Positions 1-11,642 of a stretch of DNA of 64,000 nt are shown in pieces. The stretch is from Piromyces finnis finn (taxonomy: Eukaryota; Fungi; Neocallimastigomycota). Numbering within the stretch: the first letter of the stretch is position 1; each line of letters starts with the position of its first letter. The translations under genes were made by a program, and so were the position numbers. A model generated the notes under the pieces. That model searched no databases, was not told the DNA's origin, and saw only the letters and a list, made by a program, of their open reading frames with translations. The stretch covers positions 186,001-250,000 of the forward strand of contig MCFH01000062.1 in assembly GCA_002104945.1 (NCBI GenBank). The letters are read 5' to 3'.

Positions 1-1
1 A

Positions 2-940
2 TTTCTAAAAGGATTCCTGGCCAAGATAGAATTAGTATTTCTTCTTTACCCTGAGAGATACCAAAATGATGAAACGAAAATTTTATACATTATCTCTCGC
101 TTGTATGGAAATGCCTTGAATTGGGCAGCTACCTTAATCGAAAATCATGATCAATGCCTCCTAAACTACGATGCTTTTGTCAGTAGATTAAAAACCTTCT
201 ATGGGAACAATGATGAAGTTTTCTTTGCTAACCAAATGCTTAAGAGGGTTAGACAGAAGAATATCGGCCGTGCCAACGATTACATCATGGAATTTAATAA
301 ATATGCAGATGTTTCCTCTTGGAATGAAGAAGCCAAGATGGATGCTTTTTTGGCAGGTTTGGTCGACCAAGTTGCTTCACGTATTATTGAGATGTTTCCC
401 GGACCAAAGAATCTTTCTTCTATGCAAACTATTGCTTCTAGGATTGATTCAAGACTCGCCGTTAACAAAAAATTCTTTGGTCATAGCAATTCTGAAAACT
501 ATAAATCTAGAAGAAATAATAATTTCCCGAAGAAAAGCAATAATAATTCTAATAAAAATAAGTTTCATGGACCTTTAAGCAAAGCTGAAAAGGACAGAAG
601 AAGAAAAAATAATTTATGTATGTACTGTGGCTCTTCCGATCATTCACTTGATAATTGTCCTTTAAAGCAAAAGAAGGATAAATCTTCGAATACTTCCTTT
701 ATGTCCATTCCAACTAAACCAATTCGTCCAAGTCAAAGAACTATTGAAAATTCAGACTTTGTTGCAAACTTCAAAATTTCCTTTGAAAATTCCGTCCAAA
801 TTCTTATTGATTCAGGTTCAAAACTTAATCTAATTGATCGTGCTTATTGTGAAGAGAACTCCATTCCTTATTACGATCATTGTGATCTTCCAAAAATTAT
901 TGGCATTGGTGGTAATCAGGCAATTTTCGGTATAACTCCA
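2..940 (+). pseudogene. gag: Gag (retrotrans_gag-like, CCHC knuckle CMYCGSSDHSLDNC) and protease N-half (LIDSGS) of the outer chromovirus, cut by an LTR insertion
   Basis: The frame is open from the window start. The ORF 101..964 runs into LTR sequence after ...GITP at 940. Confidence 0.88.
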
Positions 941-1058
941 TGTAAAGTCGACACAAAAGAATAGATTAGGATATCTATTCTATTACAATAACACTAAAGA
1001 TTTATATAAAATTGTTTTGTTAAAAAAATATCTTTTATTATAATAGAAATTATAATAA
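941..1058 (-). repeat. Inverted solo LTR, 3' (U5) part
   Basis: Reverse complement resembles the end of the 1059-1666 LTR (..gatatcctaatctat..gtgtcgactttaca). Preceded by TSD CTCCA at 936-940. Confidence 0.88.
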
Positions 1059-1666
1059 TGTAAAGACATCAAACGCCTCTGTTTGATATCTTTAATGTAA
1101 CTTAAGCCACAAGTATTATTGTTTAAGTTACACAAATTATATTCAGAAAAAGAAAATGAGACATAATTTATTTATTAATAATTAAAGTTTAAAACAAAAT
1201 AAATTATTAATTTATTTTTAATGTTTAACAAGTAAATTAATATTCTCAATTTAAATCCCTAGTTTTAGTATTGTTTTTTTTATAGAAATAGATAAATAAT
1301 AAATGATTAATATATCAATAATACATGGGCACATATTCAAATTAAATGGTACTTAATTTGAATTGCCAATTGTATTTTACTAAAAATAGTTATAGTTTAA
1401 ATATTTATTAATAATTAAGATTTTAGTGTAGATTTTAAATAATAATATATAAGAAATAAATAGCTATAATATAATATAAATGTATTTAGGAAAAATATAA
1501 ATAGAAGATATTTTTCATCATTTTATCGATGTAATTGTTATTATTAAAATTCTATTATAATAAAAGATATTTTATAAAACAATTTTTTTATTTTATTTTT
1601 CAAATTTTTGTGTTATTGTAATAGGTTAGATATCCTAATCTATTCGGTTTAGTGTCTGACTTTACA
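1059..1666 (+). repeat. 5' LTR (608 bp)
   Basis: TG...CA ends with a 7-bp terminal inverted repeat. By eye it matches 6817-7423 except for one T in a homopolymer. Confidence 0.95.
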
Positions 1667-1677
1667 ATAACAATTAC
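1667..1677 (+). promoter_or_regulatory. Self-priming-type primer binding site ATAACAATTAC
   Basis: Lies immediately after the 5' LTR. It is the exact 11-nt reverse complement of GTAATTGTTAT at 1531-1541 in the LTR, which is 35 bp downstream of TATAAAT (1496-1502). Confidence 0.75.
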
Positions 1678-2053
1678 CTAAACAGATCGTTACGAATACG
1701 TTAGGGTATCAAGAAGAAATAGAAGAACTTTTGGGAAGATTCTACTAGGACAAATAGAAGAATTCTACTAGAAGAAATATAAGAACTTTTTGGAAAACTC
1801 TACTTGAAGAAATAGAAGAAATTTTTGAATATTTTGCTAAGGCTACCTAAGGAAGATTATCAAGAACTTTGGGATATTCTACCGGACTACAAGAATACTT
1901 TAATCAATCGGAACGCTTCACCGAATAATTCATATTTGAAAAGGACTATTACTACGGCTGAAGTTTGGAATTAACATTAGTTAATAACTTGTTCGACACT
2001 GTAATTATACAGAGAGAGTCTGTAATAACTTATTAACTTATTGTTAGAAGACG

Positions 2054-2099
<46 letters not shown>
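2054..2099 (+). repeat. ~46-nt poly(A) tract in the element's 5' leader
   Basis: Uninterrupted A run upstream of gag-pol. Confidence 0.9.
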
Positions 2100-2102
<3 letters not shown>

Positions 2103-2175
2103 ACTTACTTGAAATAATAGTAAGAAACCCTCGTTATTTTACTTAATTTTAATTTTATGTGTTTTTGTATTAGAG

Positions 2176-5100
2176 TTGGAGGAATTAATTAATACTTTTG
2201 ATAATTTAAATTTAGAAGAAATGGAAGAAAGAGGTGGTGGTTCTACAGTAAATCCAGGGAACATTATCAATGCTCCTCCGTTGTTTACTGGTAGACATAG
2301 AGATTTAGATGGGTTTTTAACTAGAGTAGAATTGGTATTTCGAACTCGACCGGCACTGTATAATACAGATCGCGTCCGGGTTGATTTCGTTATTTCCTAC
2401 TTCTCTGGTAGACCCCTGGAATGGGCGTCATCGCTTATGAGGAATAATAGTAATGTATTGAACCATTATGATGAATTTATAGATCGCCTCAGAGCTAATT
2501 TCGGTAGTGATCGATATGACACTGTTGTTGCAAACGGTAAACTCGATAACATTAGACAAAGAAAACTTGGTCAAGTAGTTGATTATATCACCGAGTTTCA
2601 ACGAGTTAGCCAAAATTCCAACTTTAACGAAAGTGCTAAGATCTATATGTTTCTGAAAGGTTTAAATCCATTACTTAGAGAGAAATTGGCGTTTGTCGAA
2701 ACAAACCCGTCATCTATGGAACATTTAATATCCTCAACAATATTAGTTGAAGATATGATGAAAAGGAATTCTTTGAGTGAGTTTTATTTTAATAATAGAA
2801 GGGCTAATGATCCTATGGATGTTGACGTTTTTAGAATTAGTGCTGATAAGAAGCGTAAACGTTATGTAAATATTCAAGGAACTAGTAATAATTATGATGA
2901 GAGCCCAAGAACGTTTGAAGAAGAAAGGAGAAAGGGGGTTTGTTTTTTGTGTAAAAAACCTGGACATTTTAAATTTAATTGTCCAAATAGAGTAAAACCC
3001 AAGAAGGTTTTTAGAATAATTAAAGAAAAAACTCCTAAGATTGTTGAACCGAAAATTTATAAAGTAGGAGTAATGGACAAAAAAGATGATTTGAATTTTA
3101 TTGACTTTTATTTAAGTACTAACGAGGTCCCCGAAGCAAAAATCAAGGTGTTGATTGATTCTGGTTCCGAGTTAAATTTTATTAACCCGGATATTGCTGA
3201 GGATCTTGGCATTAAATTTGAGAATATTGACCCATTCCGTGTTTCCGGAGTCAATGATGGAATTTCCAGAGTCTGGGAAAAGTCGGAGAAATGTATGCTA
3301 AGATATAGGAACCATTATGAAGTTATTCAGCTGTATAGCTTAAAGGTTCCTGGAGTTGATGTTATTCTTGGGTTACCTTGGATCAAAAAGCATAATCCTG
3401 AAGCTTTTTATGATCCTAAGAAAATTGCTTTTAGTTCCGGTTATTGTGCTAGACACTGTAACCAAGGTAAAAGAAGAAGGAAGCAAAGAAAGAAGTCTCA
3501 AAAAAGCCAGCTAGATCATGATGTTCTTGACCGAAGTTTAACTAAAACAGTAAAATCTGTCTCTACAGCCCCTTTAAAAAACCCTGAAGAAGAGGAGTAT
3601 ATTAAAGGCCGCCTTGTTAGAACCATTAATGATGAAGATGATAGCGATGAGGAATATATTAGTTTTAATAAAAAAGTTAAATGTATTGTAACGAAAATTA
3701 ATGAAACATGTAATAATAATAATGAATCATGTAGTAATAATAATAATAATAATGAAAAGGATATTAATAAAGATAAATTGGTCTCCGTACCAACCCAATA
3801 TTTAGAATTTAGTGAAGTGTTTAATGAAAAAAATTGTGAAGTGTTACCTCCTCATAGACCTTATGATTGCGAAATCAAGCTTAAGGATGATTCAACTTTA
3901 TTTTATGGACCATTGTATCCATTAACTGAAGTTGAAAGAGAGGAACTTAAAAAGTATATAGATGAAAATTTAAATAAAGGTTTCATTAGGAAATCATCGT
4001 CTCCTGCTGGTGCCCCAATTTTGTTTGTTAAAAAGAAGGACGGTTCCTTAAGACTTTGTATTGATTATAGAAGGTTGAATGATATTACAATTCGTAATTC
4101 ATATCCTTTACCTTTAATAAGTGACCTTTTGGATAGGGTGAAAAATGCTAAGATTTTTACCAAACTAGACCTTAAATCCGCTTATAATCTTGTTCGTATT
4201 AAAGAAGGTGATGAATACAAAACGGCTTTTCGTACTAGGTATGGTCATTTTGAATATCTGGTTATGCCTTTTGGATTAAAGAATGCACCTGCAACCTTTC
4301 AACACTTTATTAACGATGTTCTTAGTGATTATTTAGATGATTTTGTTATCTCATATATTGATGATATCCTTATTTATTCTAATAATATCGAAGAGCATCA
4401 CGAGCATGTTAAAAAGGTACTTAAGAAACTACTCGAAAATAATCTTTATGTTAAATTAGAAAAATGTGAGTTTGATGTTAAGAAAACCACTTTTCTTGGT
4501 TATGTCATTTCAAAAGATGGGTTGCAAATGGATGAAAATAAAGTTAAAGCAATTCTCGATTGGCCGGTTCCCAAGAATGTTAAAGAGGTTCAGTCTTTTA
4601 TTGGTCTATGTAACTATTACAGAATTTTTATTAAAGACTTTGCTAAAATTGCAAACCCTCTTCACAAGCTCACTAGAAAAAATGTTGCTTTTAACTGGGT
4701 GAAAGAAGATCAGGACGCTTTTAATTTATTAAAAACTTTGTTCACGTCAGCTCCTATTCTGAAACATGCGGATAGTAATAAACAATTTATTGTTGAAACT
4801 GATGCTAGTAATTATGCTGTCGGTGCTATTCTCTCTCAAGAGTTTGACGGCAAATTACATCCCATTGCATTTCTTTCTAAAAGTTTGACGAGTTGTCAAA
4901 GAAACTATCCTATATATGACAAGGAACTGTTAGCCATTATAGTTGCACTTGAAGAATGGCGTCATTACTTAGAGGGTGCACGCCATCCGTTCATAATTTA
5001 TACTGATCACAAGAATTTAACATTTCCTAGAAAACCTGAAATGTTATCTCAGAGACAAATTAGATGGAATTTGTTCTTATCCAGATTTGATTTTAAACTC

Positions 5101-6780
5101 ATTTATAGAGCTGGTAAGAAATCTGGTAAGCCTGACATTCTGTCTCGTAGAAGTGATCATTTAGTGAATGTTATTAACTCTGATGTTTCTTGTCTTACTA
5201 TTTCGCTTCATCATAGTGATAACAAACCTTTAATAGATTCTATTTTATCAGAACTTAAAAATGACGATTTGTATAATTCCATTGTTCAATTTAAAATGAA
5301 TGGTTCTACAAGTAATGCACCTATTAAAAATATTGATAAAGTTATTATGGACGGTGAAGGATTTTTGTTATTTAATAATCTTATTTATGTTCCTAAATCT
5401 CTTAGGACTAGAGTTTTGGAACTCCATCATGATTCTGTTGCTGCTGGCCATTTCGGCATTAAGAAAACTGTCGAACTTATTTCAAGAAACTTTTGGTGGC
5501 CAAGATTTCATTCAGATGTTAAATCCTTTATTAAATCTTGCGTGACCTGTTGCAAATCCAAAGTCCCTAGACATAAGCCTTATGGATTGTTATCCCCTTT
5601 GGACACTCCTAGTAGGCCTTGGTCTGATATCTCTATCGACTTTATTGTTGATCTTCCTAAGTCCAGAGATATGACTACACTTATGGTTGTTGTCGATAGA
5701 TTTACTAAATTTGCTCACGCCATTCCTTTACGTTGTCTTCCTACTGCTTCAATTGCTGCTGATGCTTTTATTGCCAATGTCTTCCGTTTGCATGGTCTTC
5801 CTAATTCCATTATTTCTGATAGAGGCTCGCAATTTACTTCTGATTTCTGGTCAAGACTTTGTGACCTTCTTAATATCAATCATTCATTGTCAACTGCTAA
5901 CCATCCGCAGACAGATGGTCAAACAGAGAGGGTGAACGGCATATTAGAACAATATTTCCGTTGTTTTATCAATAAAAAGCAGAATAACTGGGTTGATCTT
6001 ATCCCATTTGCTGAATTTGCTTATAATAATACTTTACAGCAATCTATAAATCAATCCCCATTCTTTGCTAATTATGGTTTTCATCCAAAGTTCAGCTTGG
6101 AAATCCCGGCTAATGATAGACCTAGTAGAGCTGAACAAAGAGTAATTGATATGAGTGAAAACTTTAAATTATTAAAAGGAAACTTAGAAAAAGCAAAAGA
6201 AACATATAAGAAATATGCCGATATGAAAAGAATAAGTCCCCCGGAATTTGAAGTGGGAAAGAAGGTATGGTTATTGAAAGATTCTCCGAGAACTAACTTG
6301 AAGAAGAAATTAGCACCTCAAATGCTTGGTCCATTTGAAATAATTGAAAAAGTTAGTTCTCTCGCTTTTAAATTGAAACTCCCAAAGACAATGAGATGTC
6401 ATCCAGTCTTTCATGTCTCATTGTTAGAACCATACTTTGAAAACGAGTTTATAGATAGGTCTAATAGTAGGAAAAGAAATATTCATCTTAACACAGATTT
6501 AATTGAAAAAATTCCAGAAAAAATTGAGAAGATGAAATCTGTTAATGGTGAGACATTTTATAAGTTATCGTGGAAAGGATTTGACAAATCCACTTGGGTT
6601 TCTGAAGATCAGATCCCGGACAAACAATTAATACAAGAGTTCGAAAGAAACTCTAAAAAGTCAAAACATAAGTTGAATGACTCCTCCATGAGAATAAGAA
6701 AGAATAAAGGTGGTAATCTAATCAAGCACAGATACCAACCATTTGTAATTGAAATTCCTTCGAGAAAAGATTCCTTATAA
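2176..6780 (+). CDS. gag-pol: Gag-Pol polyprotein (gag, CCHC knuckle, aspartic protease, RT, RNase H, integrase, degenerate chromodomain); first ATG at 2221
   Basis: CFLCKKPGHFKFNC, LIDSGS, YIDD, HHDSVAAGH..CVTC, integrase core (ISIDF..ISDRG..TERVN), GPF motif, and C-terminal YKLSWKGF..TWVSE. No stop or frameshift in 1534 aa. Confidence 0.96.
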   Translation: MEELINTFDNLNLEEMEERGGGSTVNPGNIINAPPLFTGRHRDLDGFLTRVELVFRTRPALYNTDRVRVDFVISYFSGRPLEWASSLMRNNSNVLNHYDEFIDRLRANFGSDRYDTVVANGKLDNIRQRKLGQVVDYITEFQRVSQNSNFNESAKIYMFLKGLNPLLREKLAFVETNPSSMEHLISSTILVEDMMKRNSLSEFYFNNRRANDPMDVDVFRISADKKRKRYVNIQGTSNNYDESPRTFEEERRKGVCFLCKKPGHFKFNCPNRVKPKKVFRIIKEKTPKIVEPKIYKVGVMDKKDDLNFIDFYLSTNEVPEAKIKVLIDSGSELNFINPDIAEDLGIKFENIDPFRVSGVNDGISRVWEKSEKCMLRYRNHYEVIQLYSLKVPGVDVILGLPWIKKHNPEAFYDPKKIAFSSGYCARHCNQGKRRRKQRKKSQKSQLDHDVLDRSLTKTVKSVSTAPLKNPEEEEYIKGRLVRTINDEDDSDEEYISFNKKVKCIVTKINETCNNNNESCSNNNNNNEKDINKDKLVSVPTQYLEFSEVFNEKNCEVLPPHRPYDCEIKLKDDSTLFYGPLYPLTEVEREELKKYIDENLNKGFIRKSSSPAGAPILFVKKKDGSLRLCIDYRRLNDITIRNSYPLPLISDLLDRVKNAKIFTKLDLKSAYNLVRIKEGDEYKTAFRTRYGHFEYLVMPFGLKNAPATFQHFINDVLSDYLDDFVISYIDDILIYSNNIEEHHEHVKKVLKKLLENNLYVKLEKCEFDVKKTTFLGYVISKDGLQMDENKVKAILDWPVPKNVKEVQSFIGLCNYYRIFIKDFAKIANPLHKLTRKNVAFNWVKEDQDAFNLLKTLFTSAPILKHADSNKQFIVETDASNYAVGAILSQEFDGKLHPIAFLSKSLTSCQRNYPIYDKELLAIIVALEEWRHYLEGARHPFIIYTDHKNLTFPRKPEMLSQRQIRWNLFLSRFDFKLIYRAGKKSGKPDILSRRSDHLVNVINSDVSCLTISLHHSDNKPLIDSILSELKNDDLYNSIVQFKMNGSTSNAPIKNIDKVIMDGEGFLLFNNLIYVPKSLRTRVLELHHDSVAAGHFGIKKTVELISRNFWWPRFHSDVKSFIKSCVTCCKSKVPRHKPYGLLSPLDTPSRPWSDISIDFIVDLPKSRDMTTLMVVVDRFTKFAHAIPLRCLPTASIAADAFIANVFRLHGLPNSIISDRGSQFTSDFWSRLCDLLNINHSLSTANHPQTDGQTERVNGILEQYFRCFINKKQNNWVDLIPFAEFAYNNTLQQSINQSPFFANYGFHPKFSLEIPANDRPSRAEQRVIDMSENFKLLKGNLEKAKETYKKYADMKRISPPEFEVGKKVWLLKDSPRTNLKKKLAPQMLGPFEIIEKVSSLAFKLKLPKTMRCHPVFHVSLLEPYFENEFIDRSNSRKRNIHLNTDLIEKIPEKIEKMKSVNGETFYKLSWKGFDKSTWVSEDQIPDKQLIQEFERNSKKSKHKLNDSSMRIRKNKGGNLIKHRYQPFVIEIPSRKDSL

Positions 6781-6816
6781 ATTAATCTCGCAGGAGCTCG
6801 ACTTAGAGAGAGAGAT

Positions 6817-7423
6817 TGTAAAGACATCAAACGCCTCTGTTTGATATCTTTAATGTAACTTAAGCCACAAGTATTATTGTTTAAGTTACACAAATTATAT
6901 TCAGAAAAAGAAAATGAGACATAATTTATTTATTAATAATTAAAGTTTAAAACAAAATAAATTATTAATTTATTTTTAATGTTTAACAAGTAAATTAATA
7001 TTCTCAATTTAAATCCCTAGTTTTAGTATTGTTTTTTTTATAGAAATAGATAAATAATAAATGATTAATATATCAATAATACATGGGCACATATTCAAAT
7101 TAAATGGTACTTAATTTGAATTGCCAATTGTATTTTACTAAAAATAGTTATAGTTTAAATATTTATTAATAATTAAGATTTTAGTGTAGATTTTAAATAA
7201 TAATATATAAGAAATAAATAGCTATAATATAATATAAATGTATTTAGGAAAAATATAAATAGAAGATATTTTTCATCATTTTATCGATGTAATTGTTATT
7301 ATTAAAATTCTATTATAATAAAAGATATTTTATAAAACAATTTTTTATTTTATTTTTCAAATTTTTGTGTTATTGTAATAGGTTAGATATCCTAATCTAT
7401 TCGGTTTAGTGTCTGACTTTACA
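6817..7423 (+). repeat. 3' LTR (607 bp)
   Basis: Copy of 1059-1666, preceded by the polypurine tract AGAGAGAGAGA. Confidence 0.95.
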
Positions 7424-7921
7424 ATTAATAACAATTACATCGATAAAATGATGAAAAATATCTTCTATTTATATTTTTCCTAAATACATTTATATTATAT
7501 TATAACTATTTATTTCTTATATATTATTATTTAAAATCTACACTAAAATCTTAATTATTAATAAATATTTAAACTATAACTATTTTTAGTAAAATACAAT
7601 TGGCAATTCAAATTAAGTACTATTCAATTTGAATATGTGCCCATGTATTATTGATATATTAAACATTTAATAATTATATACTAGATGTCTATTTCTATTA
7701 CATAACAATACTAAAACTTGGGGTTTGAATTGAGAATTTTAATTTATTTGTTAAACATTAAGAATAAACTAATAATTTATTTTGTTTTAAACTTTAATTA
7801 TTAATAAATAAATTATGTCCCATTTTCTTTTTCTGTAATATAATTCGTGTAACTTAAACAATGATATTTATGGCTTAAGTTACATTAAAGATATCAATCT
7901 GTGGCGTTTGATATCTTTACA
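7424..7921 (-). repeat. Inverted solo LTR, 5' part (related to but diverged from the intact element's LTR)
   Basis: Reverse complement starts TGTAAAGATATCAAACGCC and follows the LTR up to gatgtaattgttatt. Followed by TSD CTCCA at 7922-7926, matching 936-940. Confidence 0.92.
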
Positions 7922-7926
7922 CTCCA

Positions 7927-10900
7927 CCTCTCAATCTCAAATATAAAGATCACGTTTGCAAAACTAACTTCTACGTCACAAACCTCCCAAGGTATTGTTG
8001 TATACTTGGTCTTGACTGGTTGATACTTCATAATCCAAGCATCGATTTTTCAACAAAGGATATAACTTTCAATTCTGCAAAACTAACTTCTACGTCACAA
8101 ACCTCCCAAGGTATTGTTGTATACTTGGTCTTGACTGGTTGATACTTCATAATCCAAGCATCGATTTTTCAACAAAGGATATAACTTTCAATTCTAACTA
8201 TTGTTATTCTCATTGTGTTTCTATTTCTGGTGATTCATTACACTCTTATTCTACATTTACTTCTAATGAAACTGCTTTCCCTATATTTTCAGTACAATCT
8301 CGTAATTCAATTGACCCTTCCTTGAATAATTCTAATACTCAAACAGCACTTCCTATTTTCGTTTCTTCTAACGAAGAACCCAAGAAATCCGTTAATTCTT
8401 TTGTTTCAATCTCGAATATTAGTGCTGATTCTATTAATTCTATATCCAATGACACCAATGTAGATCAAAATCCCGACACTCTTAAATCTTCTACAAAATC
8501 TGTATTTCTACCTAAAGAACTTGATGAATTTCAAGATGTTTTTAATGAAATATCAGCTAATAAGCTACCTCCTCACCGTCCGTATGATTGCGAGATTAAA
8601 CTAAAAGAAAATTCCAAACTTTTTATGGCCCAATTTATCCTCTAACTGAAACTGAGTCTAACGCTTTAGAGGAATATATCAAAGAAAACCTTAGTAAGGG
8701 CTTTATCAGAAAGTCTAAATCACCTGCCGGTGCTTCTGTTCTATTCGTCCCTAAGAAAAATGGTCAACTTCGGATGTGTGTTGACTATCGGCAATTAAAT
8801 TCAATCACTATACGAGACTCTTATCCGCTTCCATTAATTCAAGATATGTTAGAACACCTTGGAAAAGGAAAAATATTTTCTAAATTGGATCTTCGTTCAG
8901 CTTATAACTTAGTCAGAATTAAAAGCGGTGACGAATACAAAACTGCTTTCACCTGTAAGCTGGGTCATTTCGAATATTGTGTCATGCCTTTTGGGTTGAA
9001 AAATGCTCCTGCGGTTTTTCAACATTTCATCAATGACGTTCTAGAAGAAGTTCTCGGAAAATTTGCTTTCTCTTATATTGATGATATAATCATTTTTTCC
9101 CAAGATTACGAAAGCCATGTAAAACATGTTAAAACCGTCTTAAAACTCTTAAGATCTGCTGGCCTCTATGCAAAGCTCGAAAAATGTGAATTTTTCGTTC
9201 CGTTTATTGATTTTTTAGGTCATAGAATTTCCGCCGATGGTATCCATATGGATCCTAACAAAGTTTCTTCTATTTTAAATTGGCCTACACCCTCCAATGT
9301 TAAAGAAGTTCAATCTTTTCTTGGTCTCGCTAATTATTATAGACGATTTATTCCAAACTTCGCAAAAATTGCTCATCCATTACATAAACTCTTAAAGAAG
9401 AATGTTAAATTTTTATGGACCAATGAAGCACAAGTCGCTTTTGACACTCTTAAGTCACTATTTGTCTCTGCTCCTGTTCTTATTTTTCCTAATCGAGATC
9501 TACCATTTATTGTCGAGACCGACTCAAGTAATTTTGCTATAGGAGCAATCCTCTCTCAAGTTTCTCCTAGTGATAATATGACTCATCCGGTTGCTTTCTT
9601 TTCCCGTTCACTTACTGGTCCTGAACGAAATTATCCTATTTACGACAAAGAACTCCTCGCTATTGTCGCAGCTCTGGAAACTTGGCGTCACCTTCTCAAA
9701 GGTTCTACTTCTACTTTTAAAATATACTCGGATCATAGAAATCTCCTTTACCAAAAGAAACCAGAAAAGATGTCTCAACGTCTTGTCCGCTGGGCTCTAT
9801 TTCTTTCTGAATTTAACTTTGTTATTATTTACCGTTCTGGCTCTTCTAACGGTAAACCTGATGCTCTTTCCCGTCGTTCTGATTATGCCGCTAATTCAAA
9901 TCCTTCATCTGATATTCCTTTCAATGTTTTACGTCCTGAAAATATTTGTGCTATTGTAACTTCAGTGTCTACCATAAGTGATTCTTTCCTCTCCGAATAC
10001 AATAACGATGAACTCTATAATAAAATTTGTGATTACCTCGATTGTAGGAAGCCTCCAATTCCTCACCCCCAAATCGACAAATTTTCTCTAAGTAATAGCT
10101 TTCTCCTTTTTGCTGATCGCATTTACGTTCCTTCCAAATGCCGCCTCTCTATTCTTAAACTTTGTAATGATTCTCCTTCCGCTGGTCACTTTGGCATTAA
10201 AAGAACTATTTCTCTTATTTCTAGAGATTTTTGGTGGCCTTCACTTACAACCGATGTTAAAAACTACGTTCGCTCTTGTGAAACCTGTTGCCGTTCAAAA
10301 AATTCCCATCATAAACCTTACGGTCTCCTTAACCCCCTTGAAATAGCCGATCGACCTTGGTCTTCTATTTCAATGGATTTTGTTACTGATCTTCCTTCTT
10401 CATCTGGTTACACTTGTATTCTGGTAACTATCGATCGTCTTACTAAAATGATTCATCTTATCCCATTTAAAGGTATTCCTTCTGCATCAGAAACAGCTTC
10501 CGCTTTCATTGATAATATATTTCGTCTTCATGGGTTACCTTCTTCTATTATAACTGATAGAGGTTCTCAATTTACCTCCAAATTTTTCCAATCTATTTGT
10601 TCTTCCTTTTTATTGATCTTAAGTTTTCTTCTCCATTCCATCATCAATCAAATGGTCAGACGGAGAGGGTAAACTCCGTTATTGAACAATACTTAAGATG
10701 CTTCTCAAACTATAAAGGGTCCGATTGGAAAAATTTTCTTAGTCTTGCTGAATTCAGTTATAATAATTCAGTTCAAGAATCATCAAAAATTTCACCATTC
10801 TTTGCAAACTACGGTTTCCATCCAAGACATTCACCAATTATTCCAGACCAATCAAATGTTCCAAGAGCAGAAGAATATACAAAAGATTTTAAGTCCTTGA

Positions 10901-11394
10901 TTAATACTCTTAAAGAAAACTTAAAAGCTGCTATCGAGTCCCAAAAGAAGTATGCTGATAAACTCAGGAAAGACGCACCAAAATTCATTGTTGGAGATAT
11001 GGTTTGGTTAGATAGTTCTTTAATTATACACAAAGGAAACAAAAAATTCAAACCAAGAAAACTCGGTCCATTTAAAATTTCAAAGAAAATCTCTGATGTT
11101 TCATTTAAACTTAACCTTCCGAAGTCAATAAAAATACATCCTGTTGTCCACGTCTCCAATCTCGAACCATATTTCAAGGATAAATTCGAAAGATCACAAC
11201 ATCCACCGCCACCCATCATTGTTGACAACGAAGAAGAGTATGAAGTTGAAGAAATTCTAGATAAAAGGAAACATTACGGAAAAACTCAATATTTGATAAA
11301 ATGGAAAGGATACTCTATCAACGAGGCTTCATGGGAACCTGAAGAAAATCTCAATTGTGAAGAATTACTCAAGAAATTTAATGAAAACAAATGA
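7927..11394 (+). pseudogene. pol: Frameshifted pol (protease C-half, RT, RNase H, integrase, canonical chromodomain) of the outer chromovirus
   Basis: ORFs 8139-8645, 8774-10672 and 10597-11394 join through frameshifts at ~8625 and ~10605. Contains YIDD and a chromodomain [24 protein letters not shown]. Confidence 0.92.
7957..8194 (+). repeat. 119-bp tandem duplication inside the protease region
   Basis: tgcaaaactaacttctacgtc... occurs at 7957 and again at 8076. The offset of 119 is not a multiple of 3. Confidence 0.9.
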
Positions 11395-11642
11395 AATATC
11401 AAACCTTTAATTTATATTTATAATTGATTTTAATTTTTTTTTTTTTTTTAAATGAAAAAGAGAAGAGAGATTAAAAAATTAAATTATTTCTTAATTTTAG
11501 TTTAAGTATATTAAAATATATTTTCATGTAATTAAAATCTTATAATGTAAAAAAAAAAAAAAAAATTCACTCAATTAAATATTTAATAAATTAGTCTAGT
11601 TCTTTTCGATTCGTCTGGTATCCGAATCCTCGAGGAGGGCCA

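Larger units (their letters stand above)
1059..7423 (+). mobile_element. Intact full-length Ty3/gypsy (chromovirus, Tf1/sushi-like) LTR retrotransposon
   Basis: Two LTRs TGTAAAG...CTTTACA, single gag-pol ORF, PPT at 6805-6815, and an imperfect 5-bp TSD AATAA (1054-1058) / ATTAA (7424-7428). Confidence 0.96.

Noticed and set aside
4466-5935. Short alternative-frame ORFs inside gag-pol (similarly within the old pol, LINE, RNAP and giant genes)
   Set aside because: They are overlapping frame or antisense shadows with no motifs or independent support.
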